Below are positions 9,126 to 15,607 of a stretch of 64,000 nucleotides of DNA, one piece after another. Where the stretch lies: positions 310,001 to 374,000 of the IMG/VR virus record IMGVR_UViG_3300005613_000001. One strand, given 5' to 3'. The notes beneath the pieces are model-generated. The model saw only the letters and a program-made list of their open reading frames with translations, had not been told where the DNA came from and searched no databases. Every line of letters begins with the position of its first letter. Within the stretch, counting starts at the first letter, position 1. Position numbers and translations under genes: made by a program.

Positions 9126-9204
9126 TGGCACAAGAGGGATTCGAACCCTCATCCACATGTTTTTGAAACATGTCGCTCTGCCAGGGTGATTGGCGTATTG
9201 TGCC
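9126..9204 (-). tRNA. trnL: Atypical tRNA with CAA (Leu) anticodon, short variable loop and enlarged D loop
   Basis: GGCACAA/TTGTGCC-A acceptor; CATGT-TTCAAAA-ACATG; 5-nt variable loop TGGAT; GAGGG-TTCGAAT-CCCTC. Confidence 0.85.
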
Positions 9205-9208
9205 TCAG

Positions 9209-9285
9209 TGGCTCAGGTGGGATTCGAACCCACATCCACATAATTTTAAGTTATGTCGCTCTGCCGTTAGTTGGCGTACTGAGCC
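9209..9285 (-). tRNA. trnL: Atypical tRNA with TAA (Leu) anticodon and short variable loop
   Basis: GGCTCAG/CTGAGCC-A; CATAA-CTTAAAA-TTATG; variable loop TGGAT. Confidence 0.85.
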
Positions 9286-9289
9286 TTCA

Positions 9290-9496
9290 TCATCCAAATG
9301 CCTTTCTAGCATCTGTTTCGTTATTGAACAAACGACAACCCCAATAGGTTAAACTGTTTTCGTCAAACGATGAGTTGTTAGCTAATGCTATTTTACATGC
9401 TTCGTTAAAAGTGTCTGCTTCTTGAATGGCATACAAGAAAGCCGTACCACTCTGTCCCGTCGCCCTAAACCCTTCTACCCAAATTTCAAATTTCAT
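9290..9496 (-). CDS. Hypothetical protein
   Basis: ATG with GAGG SD. Confidence 0.65.
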   Translation of the reverse strand: MKFEIWVEGFRATGQSGTAFLYAIQEADTFNEACKIALANNSSFDENSLTYWGCRLFNNETDARKAFG

Positions 9497-9515
9497 TTTA
9501 ACCTCTTTTTTCAAG

Positions 9516-9594
9516 TAGCACGGGAGGGATTCGAACCCTCATCCACTAGTTTCTAAAACTAGTCGCTCTGCCAGGGTGATTGGCGTACCGTGCC
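9516..9594 (-). tRNA. trnL: Atypical tRNA with TAG (Leu) anticodon and short variable loop
   Basis: GGCACGG/CCGTGCT-A; CTAGT-TTTAGAA-ACTAG; D and T arms identical to the 9126 gene. Confidence 0.85.
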
Positions 9595-9598
9595 ATAT

Positions 9599-9796
9599 TT
9601 ACAAGTTGTCACTCAATGATTTTAAATCTTTTATAATTTGCTTATCAATAGGCTCTAAAAGTTTTGAACTAATATCCGCATGCTTAGCACATGATGCACA
9701 CAAATGCCGAAGACCATTCAAATACTGCCGCGTTGTTACCGCATCTTCATCGCAGGTCGCCCTTGGATTGCTACTATGCCAATGTTCGCATTTCAT
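9599..9796 (-). CDS. Small Cys/His hypothetical protein
   Basis: CEHWH...C...CASC. Confidence 0.5.
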   Translation of the reverse strand: MKCEHWHSSNPRATCDEDAVTTRQYLNGLRHLCASCAKHADISSKLLEPIDKQIIKDLKSLSDNL

Positions 9797-9814
9797 GATA
9801 AAATTAAGTTAATT

Positions 9815-10200
9815 GTGCGTGGTCCACACCCCTTTCAGGGTTCTGTTACTGCTTCGGGTAGTCAGTGGTTTATTTCTGACCTTGAAGCAACCTATCTTGT
9901 GTGGTAGGTCTGCGGGTATCAGTCATTTTTGTTCAACTTGTAAGAGTTACTTACAAGTTGGATTTGTTAGACATTCCCGCCCCCGCTTTATTACGTATGC
10001 GGTTGCCACCGTCCAATAGTTCTCCATCTATCGGACCCTTTCGCTGGTTAAGGCGATACCGACACAATCAACTTTGTTTGCAGCTTAGGATCAATACATG
10101 CACCCTGACCTTACGCCCGCAAGCGGCCAATTAATTTGACTTACCAGGCAGCACCTTGTTAGTTCCCCTAAGCCCCATCAAGGCTATTCGGTTGCAAACA
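9815..10200 (-). ncRNA. Putative large structured ncRNA (unclassified) within the tRNA array
   Basis: No credible ORF. Helices TGTTTGCA/TGCAAACA, GCTTAGG/CCTAAGC, an 11-bp CAACTTGTAAG hairpin, a CUUG tetraloop and a GAAA tetraloop. Confidence 0.55.
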
Positions 10201-10202
10201 AG

Positions 10203-10287
10203 CGGAAGGTGGGGGATTCGAACCCAACCAACCCATTTTCAGGGCGACCGGCTTCCAACCGGCTTCCTAACCATTCGGTTACCTTCC
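10203..10287 (-). tRNA. trnS: tRNA-Ser(GGA); T stem has two mismatches (possibly degenerate)
   Basis: GGAAGGT/ACCTTCC-G; loop TTGGAAG; long variable arm; T stem TTGGG/CCCCC. Confidence 0.75.
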
Positions 10288-10298
10288 AAATTATAAAG

Positions 10299-10386
10299 CG
10301 GAAGGAGCCGGAGTCGAACCGGCACGGGTCGTTAACCCCTAACAGTTTTCAAAACTGCGGCCACCACCACATTGGCTTGCCCTTCC
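10299..10386 (-). tRNA. trnS: tRNA-Ser(TGA)
   Basis: GCAGT-TTTGAAA-ACTGT; long variable arm; G73. Confidence 0.92.
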
Positions 10387-10393
10387 TAAAAAG

Positions 10394-10482
10394 CGGAAGC
10401 GACTGGAATCGAACCAGCACCGGGTTTGAAACCGGAATTGATTAGCAATCAACCGCAACGAGCCAATATTTGCCTCGCTTCC
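10394..10482 (-). tRNA. trnS: tRNA-Ser(GCT)
   Basis: GTTGA-TTGCTAA-TCAAT; long variable arm; G73. Confidence 0.92.
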
Positions 10483-10487
10483 GTAAG

Positions 10488-10569
10488 TGCGCCAGAGAGG
10501 AATCGAACCTCTACAGCCGAAGGCGTGTGATTTACAGTCACAGGGGCTCACCACCTGCCCAACTGACGC
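10488..10569 (-). tRNA. trnY: tRNA-Tyr(GTA)
   Basis: TGTGA-CTGTAAA-TCACA. Confidence 0.93.
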
Positions 10570-10584
10570 ATTTTTAACTCCTAG

Positions 10585-10670
10585 TGGGCCGGGAGGGATT
10601 CGAACCCCCATCGTTTACCCTGTGGGACGTGATTTACAGTCACGTAGCTTCACCATTTGCATACCGACCC
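10585..10670 (-). tRNA. trnY: tRNA-Tyr(GTA), second divergent copy
   Basis: CGTGA-CTGTAAA-TCACG. Confidence 0.93.
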
Positions 10671-10674
10671 TAAG

Positions 10675-10760
10675 CGGAAGCGGTGGGACTCGAACCCACA
10701 ACGGGCTTTCGCCGCGCACTTGTTTTCGAGACAAGCTCCTCATCCAGCCGGATCGCTTCC
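10675..10760 (-). tRNA. trnS: tRNA-Ser(CGA)
   Basis: CTTGT-CTCGAAA-ACAAG; long variable arm. Confidence 0.93.
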
Positions 10761-10778
10761 GTAGGCTTTACCAAATTG

Positions 10779-11015
10779 TCAAAGATCTCTCTGCCGCCTC
10801 TTTGAGACAGCCTTTTCTCTCAAGTACAATTCCAATTCTTTCGCATCTTCTGGGGTCATTGAAGCAATCTTATCTCCAAGAGCCCTAATCCAATCATCGG
10901 GATTTGTTGTGCCCACTTTCGGTGGTTTCCGAGGCGGCACCAAATCCGGGTTTGTTTTCAATTCTTCTGAAAACTCTTCCAAACCTTCAATGATTTTCTC
11001 TGCTATAGTTTTCAT
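10779..11015 (-). CDS. Hypothetical protein
   Basis: ATG 2 nt after the tRNA-Phe discriminator base. Confidence 0.6.
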   Translation of the reverse strand: MKTIAEKIIEGLEEFSEELKTNPDLVPPRKPPKVGTTNPDDWIRALGDKIASMTPEDAKELELYLREKAVSKRRQRDL

Positions 11016-11017
11016 AG

Positions 11018-11090
11018 TGGTACGGGCCGGATTCGAACCGGCGTCTCCTGGGCTTCAACCAAGCGCTATTCCAAACTCAGCTACCGCACC
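11018..11090 (-). tRNA. trnF: tRNA-Phe(GAA) with G37/C38
   Basis: CTTGG-TTGAAGC-CCAGG; GGTGCGG/CCGTACC-A. Confidence 0.88.
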
Positions 11091-11096
11091 TTTTAG

Positions 11097-11170
11097 TGCT
11101 ACGGACTGGATTTGAACCAGTGACACCCAGATTTTCAGTCTAGTGCTCTACCGGGCTGAGCTACCGCAGC
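11097..11170 (-). tRNA. trnF: tRNA-Phe(GAA)
   Basis: CTAGA-CTGAAAA-TCTGG. Confidence 0.95.
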
Positions 11171-11180
11171 ATTTTAAGTT

Positions 11181-11330
11181 TTACATCATATATCCTGAAC
11201 CATCTCTACCGCCATCTGTACGACAAGGAAGATCTTCTTGACTTCCTTTTGGTGGTTCTGGTCGTTCTCCCATGTTCTCGGGTGGATTTTGACCACCTTT
11301 ACAAATTTCTGGTTCTGTTATGTGCTTCAT
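11181..11330 (-). CDS. 49-aa hypothetical protein, first gene after the attenuator
   Basis: Hand-translated MKHITEPEICKGGQNPP...GYMM; GGAG SD. Confidence 0.5.
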   Translation of the reverse strand: MKHITEPEICKGGQNPPENMGERPEPPKGSQEDLPCRTDGGRDGSGYMM

Positions 11331-11345
11331 TTATGTTACTCCAAT

Positions 11346-11386
11346 AAAAAAAGCCTTTTTCCGGCGTTGCGCCGGAAAAAGGCTTT
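11346..11386 (-). terminator. Intrinsic terminator (attenuator 3:4 hairpin)
   Basis: 17-bp stem AAAGCCTTTTTCCGGCG/CGCCGGAAAAAGGCTTT with a 3-nt loop, ending in a run of 7 T. Confidence 0.9.
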
Positions 11387-11406
11387 ATCGTTGAATCCTC
11401 TTAGCC

Positions 11407-11481
11407 TTAGGCGCACCGCCACCGATCACTGAGATACAGTGATAAAAACAAAAAACTAAGGCTTGAGGAGAAGATACCCAT
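11407..11481 (-). CDS. Putative attenuator leader peptide MGIFSSSLSFLFLSLYLSDRWRCA
   Basis: AAGGAAG SD 8 nt upstream; codons 4-18 are all Phe/Ser/Leu/Tyr; overlaps hairpin segments 1 and 2. Confidence 0.8.
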   Translation of the reverse strand: MGIFSSSLSFLFLSLYLSDRWRCA

Positions 11482-11541
11482 TTTAAACACTTCCTTTTCG
11501 TGATTTCAACCCACGCCATAAAGGCGATTGTTGTGTAATCT

Positions 11542-11570
11542 ATTATAGTCCACTCAGGACAAATTTTCAA
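11542..11570 (-). promoter_or_regulatory. sigma70-type promoter of the tRNA operon
   Basis: TTGAAA-N17-TATAAT. Confidence 0.85.
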
Positions 11571-11670
11571 GAGTTTTTTTCCAAGAGTTAGCGAGTGGGT
11601 GGTGGTGGCTGCTAGGATGGTAAGCATCTTCGAGCGTCCTGACCCACCCGCCGACTCTATGACGCATTTT

Positions 11671-12015
11671 TCATTCGGCAGGTTCGGTACAATTCCTTTT
11701 TTTCTTCAAGCCCCCCGATCTGACTACTTCATTGATCGCCAAAAGAAGGGCTTCTCCCATATTCCTGCCTGTTTCTATGAATTCATCACCATCTTCATTC
11801 CAAACTCTAGCTCTCAATGACGTAGAGACCTCATCATGAGGGTATACGCCAACCTCCCAATACCATTTGGTTTCGGGCCACTCATTAGAATGAAGACAAT
11901 TCGCAGCCAACTCCGCCACACTAGCAGGATCGTGTGCAATTACTACTTCAGATGTCCAAACACCCCCTATTACGGTGGATATGTTTTCCGCTAAGTCTTC
12001 TGGCAACAGGTCCAT
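11671..12015 (-). CDS. Hypothetical protein, probably a leaderless transcript
   Basis: ATG 6 nt after the TATCAT -10 element. Confidence 0.6.
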   Translation of the reverse strand: MDLLPEDLAENISTVIGGVWTSEVVIAHDPASVAELAANCLHSNEWPETKWYWEVGVYPHDEVSTSLRARVWNEDGDEFIETGRNMGEALLLAINEVVRSGGLKKKRNCTEPAE

Positions 12016-12021
12016 ATTCCC

Positions 12022-12049
12022 ATGATACCACACGAAATTACGATGTAAA
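12022..12049 (-). promoter_or_regulatory. Extended -10 promoter
   Basis: TTTACA-N16-TATCAT with TGTGG immediately upstream of the -10. Confidence 0.65.
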
Positions 12050-12080
12050 GCTACTCTCTTAGAGAAAATAGGAGAAATCT

Positions 12081-13136
12081 ATGAGAATCAAAGGCGGCTT
12101 CGTACCCAAGATTACGATAAACAATCAATTTGGAGATGCATTTGAGGCTCCTCAAAAAGTTACCTCAGAGGAGAAGATTGAAAAGCTTAAAAAGGCAAAA
12201 AGGGTGGAAACCCCTGTTATTGAAGTGCCTATTTCTCCTGTTGGTCCTAAGAATGTTTTATTTCTTTACCCGGCGACTGAAGAAAACAATAGGCTAGATT
12301 TATACCTCAATAATTTATTTGACCGCGACAGTGTGGGTGTTGCAAAAACATTTCAAGAAGTTGCGGATCAAATGAGTGCGTATGATGTTTTGCATATTCA
12401 ATACGATGAAGAGTTGTATAATGATAAAGAGTTAGTGCAGTTAATGGAAGCTCTTAAGGGCAAATATAATATAAACATTTTTATCACTCTCAATACATTA
12501 ACTAGCGAAAAAACACAATTCTATCAATATTTGTCACGCATTTGCCATGTGGTTGTCAACAACTCTATTCCAGCAAGATTTAATCAGAATATAAACTTCA
12601 TAGAGCCCGGTTGTGTGGCGGTTGATGTGCCTTTCCAATCTGAAAAAAATGATAAGATTGCCACATTCGGGTTTTCAACTCCTATCAAGAATACAGAATC
12701 TTTGGGAATGATCGCTAAAGAACTAGACACGGAGGTTGATGTTTATAGTCCGAACGAATATATGGGCAGCTATTCAGGGGTCAATATAATAAATGAATTT
12801 ATCCCAATGGATGAACTACTTGAAAAGCTCTCCCAATACCGCCTCTTATTATTTCTCCGTAGAAATTCTTCTTATTTGAGTGCTAGTCACAGTGTTCGTT
12901 TGGCTTTAAATTGCAGGGTGCCAATTATCTGTCAGTCTTCACCATACTTCAGTGATTTAGCCCATGTGGTCAAAGTGGCTGATTATGAGGATATTCCTAG
13001 AACGATCCACAGTTTATTTTCTGATGAGTCTCAATATCATGAGATGATTGCAAAACAAGAGGATTTTTTAGCCCAACACACTGTAGATGAGGCATTCCAG
13101 CAACACTTAGTTTTATACGATAGAGTGTTAAGGTAA
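12081..13136 (+). CDS. Glycosyltransferase-like (GT-B/GT4-like) protein
   Basis: TFGFSTPIKN, ALNCRVPIICQSSPYFSDL, C-terminal GT-B-like helix. Confidence 0.6.
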   Translation: MRIKGGFVPKITINNQFGDAFEAPQKVTSEEKIEKLKKAKRVETPVIEVPISPVGPKNVLFLYPATEENNRLDLYLNNLFDRDSVGVAKTFQEVADQMSAYDVLHIQYDEELYNDKELVQLMEALKGKYNINIFITLNTLTSEKTQFYQYLSRICHVVVNNSIPARFNQNINFIEPGCVAVDVPFQSEKNDKIATFGFSTPIKNTESLGMIAKELDTEVDVYSPNEYMGSYSGVNIINEFIPMDELLEKLSQYRLLLFLRRNSSYLSASHSVRLALNCRVPIICQSSPYFSDLAHVVKVADYEDIPRTIHSLFSDESQYHEMIAKQEDFLAQHTVDEAFQQHLVLYDRVLR

Positions 13137-13165
13137 TATAATAAATACAAGCAAGGAGGTCAAGT

Positions 13166-13873
13166 ATGAATATGATTGGTTGGATTGTAATTATTTTACT
13201 GGCGGCTGCTTTCATGTATTGGCAGAGACGCAAAATCCTTCTTTCTTTAATGAATTGGAGCATCTACACCTGGGTCTTACGAAGGGTTATCCCTTACATT
13301 AGATTTAGCTTCTACTACACCACCATGAGAGGGTGGAAATACAAAAGAGGGTATGAACTTTTAAAGCCAGGACATATTCTTCTTACTAAAGACAATTCAA
13401 AGTTATCCACTTTTTTGATCCCCGGCAGTCTTCCACATGCTGCTCTTTGTGTTGGGAAGATTGAAGATGGGGATGATTATGAAATTGGGGAGATGATAGC
13501 CAAGGGTTATACTAAGAGTTTCTTTTTTGATTGCTGCCACGAAGCAGATAGAATTGTAATTTTAGATTGTGTTGATTGGGATGATGAATACAAGCAAAAA
13601 GTTATAGAGAAATGCAAAACCTTTGAGGGTTTGCCTTACGATCTACAGTTTGATTTCGGGGTTGCTGCTCTCTATTGTTCTGAACTCGTTTATCAAGCAG
13701 ACTTTGAGAGGCGATTAGATGTCAATAAGGCTGATTTGATGGGACTCAATGTGCGAGAGTATATTACACCCCAAGGTCTTTTCAACGCCAAAAATGTGGT
13801 GGTAGTTTGGGACTCCGATCAGGAAGAAATTGACGATGAAGAATTTAATACAGCATATTTGAGATTTCAATGA
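13166..13873 (+). CDS. Permuted papain-like NlpC/P60 (YiiX/YebB-like) enzyme with N-terminal TM
   Basis: LKPGHILL, HAALCVG, PYDLQF, LYCSELV. Confidence 0.8.
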   Translation: MNMIGWIVIILLAAAFMYWQRRKILLSLMNWSIYTWVLRRVIPYIRFSFYYTTMRGWKYKRGYELLKPGHILLTKDNSKLSTFLIPGSLPHAALCVGKIEDGDDYEIGEMIAKGYTKSFFFDCCHEADRIVILDCVDWDDEYKQKVIEKCKTFEGLPYDLQFDFGVAALYCSELVYQADFERRLDVNKADLMGLNVREYITPQGLFNAKNVVVVWDSDQEEIDDEEFNTAYLRFQ

Positions 13874-14973
13874 TACGATATGTGATACCATTCAATAGAG
13901 CTAAAAATATAGGTGTTTCTTACAATGAAGCATTTAATGGATTAAACAATGATGATTTTGTTTGTTTTGTTGATGGAGATACCATCTTTTTAGACAGCTA
14001 TTTTGGAACTAAGATTGAAGATATATTAAAGTACAATGAGAAAAAAGGAATAACAATAAATGCAGCCACATGCATGACCAACAGAGTGTATTGTAAATGG
14101 CAAATTTATAATGATGAATGGTCTAATGATAATATGTTAGACCATGACAAATTCACTAAAGAATGTTGGGCAGAACATGGTACAAATGTTGAAGAAATAA
14201 CCAACGAACATATTACTCAGCCACCGCATGGCAATTATCTAATGAGTGGTGTAATGATTCTGCTGAGAAAATCAACTTGGCTAAAAGTTGGTAAATTTAG
14301 AACAAAAGGGATGTTGAGGGTAGATAATAACCTTCATCAAAAATTAATTAACCATAATGAAAAATTATATTTAATGAAGGGGATTTATCTCTATCATAAA
14401 TACAGATTTGGAAACATCAGTGATAAAGGACACTTGAGAAAAAGGAAAAGAAAAACGGTTATAAACGTGGGCCGAGGAAGGACGGGGACAACAAGTTTAA
14501 ATAGAGCATTACGTATGCTGGGATATTGTTCGCTTCATGATCCAAATGTAATTAGAGGCATGCCTATCTTGGATGGTATAAATGAAATAGGCAGATTGGG
14601 ATATAACACTGTGACAGAAAGTGTGCGTTGGACATTAGAAGATATTATAAAAGTAGATGAAGAATATCCTAATATAAAATGGATACTTACCACTAGAAAA
14701 AACAAAGATGTTTGGTATTCAAGTTTTTTAAATCGTCATAAACTCAAGCAGGAAAAACTATCGCTTTGTCTTCCTGGGGCTGATCCAAAATTAGAAACGC
14801 TCTGGAAGTGTGAATTCTATGATGAATATAATAAAATGGTGGTCTCTCATCTTAAAGATAGAGTATTAGTGCTTGAAGCTGAATTGGACTCAGCTTCTAA
14901 ATGGAAAAAGCTTTGTGAATTTCTAGGCAAAGATATTCCAAAAGAGGAATACCCCTTCTTAAACCGCTCTTAA
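13870..14973 (+). CDS. GT-A-like glycosyltransferase fused to a sulfotransferase domain
   Basis: VDGD (DxD-like) motif; VINVGRGRTGTTSL PAPS-binding loop; GEGWE-like WKKLCEFLG..P..PFLN tail. Confidence 0.7.
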   Translation: MIRYVIPFNRAKNIGVSYNEAFNGLNNDDFVCFVDGDTIFLDSYFGTKIEDILKYNEKKGITINAATCMTNRVYCKWQIYNDEWSNDNMLDHDKFTKECWAEHGTNVEEITNEHITQPPHGNYLMSGVMILLRKSTWLKVGKFRTKGMLRVDNNLHQKLINHNEKLYLMKGIYLYHKYRFGNISDKGHLRKRKRKTVINVGRGRTGTTSLNRALRMLGYCSLHDPNVIRGMPILDGINEIGRLGYNTVTESVRWTLEDIIKVDEEYPNIKWILTTRKNKDVWYSSFLNRHKLKQEKLSLCLPGADPKLETLWKCEFYDEYNKMVVSHLKDRVLVLEAELDSASKWKKLCEFLGKDIPKEEYPFLNRS

Positions 14974-15288
14974 AAGATTGTACTTCTTAAAATGCTTACG
15001 ATCTTCGCCATAGATCGGTTCTGTAGCAATAGCGGTAAGTTGGTTGCCAATATCCGCCTCGTAGAAAGGCTTGTATTTAATCCCTAAAGAACTGAGATAG
15101 GAAGTCTGCTTCTCTAATTTCCTCTCATTACTGATCTGACAGATAATGACATGAGGATGTTCAATTTGAGGCGGGATTAAATGGCGAGTGGCTTCAATAG
15201 CCGCGTGAGTAGATTGAACAGCTTGCTGCTCAATAGAAAGATCTTTTCGCACAAGGATGTAAACGTAAGGGGTTTTGTTCTACAACAT
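14959..15288 (-). CDS. Pth2-like peptidyl-tRNA hydrolase; the SD-linked ATG is followed by an in-frame TAG at codon 3
   Basis: YVYILVRKDL..QQAVQSTHAA, EADIGNQLTAIATEP; AAGGAG-ATG-TTG-TAG-AAC. Confidence 0.65.
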
Positions 15289-15298
15289 CTCTCTCTCC

Positions 15299-15607
15299 TT
15301 AAAAGTAAGTAAATTCAACAAACACTTTCGTTAATTTGGCTTTTCTAGCCGCACAGAGACGGTGACAGCCATCTCTTACTCTCATTGCATCTGGATGTAC
15401 GTCAATTATTATAGGATGTTTTTTATCATAGCCCGTTGTTTGGAAGGCTGCTATCAACTTCTTATAACTATTTTCTCGTCTTACCGATACTTTGAGGTCT
15501 TTTAAACTAGAAACCGTTACCCATTTTCTTTCACGCTTCTTTATTGGATGATTAACTAGGTATTCTAGTATTATCTTGACTTCTCTAGCTCTTTGTTTTG
15601 ATCTCAT
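15299..15607 (-). CDS. ParB/Srx-like N-terminal domain protein
   Basis: KLIAAFQTTGY..PIII..VRDGCHRLCAA. Confidence 0.7.
   Translation of the reverse strand: MRSKQRAREVKIILEYLVNHPIKKRERKWVTVSSLKDLKVSVRRENSYKKLIAAFQTTGYDKKHPIIIDVHPDAMRVRDGCHRLCAARKAKLTKVFVEFTYF

Noticed and set aside
9815-10200. RNase P RNA, tmRNA or group I intron
   Set aside because: It lacks the GAGGAAAGUCC/CGGCUUA P4 pair, the tmRNA acceptor and T-arm ends, and group I P7 (R/S) motifs. ACAGAACCC alone is insufficient.
10209-11115. Several track ORFs overlapping the Ser/Tyr/Phe tRNAs
   Set aside because: They are translations of tRNA sequence on either strand.
11385-11627. 80-aa track ORF across the tRNA operon leader
   Set aside because: It spans the promoter and starts at a non-ATG codon without an SD. 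The 24-aa ORF in another frame has an SD and the informative codon content.
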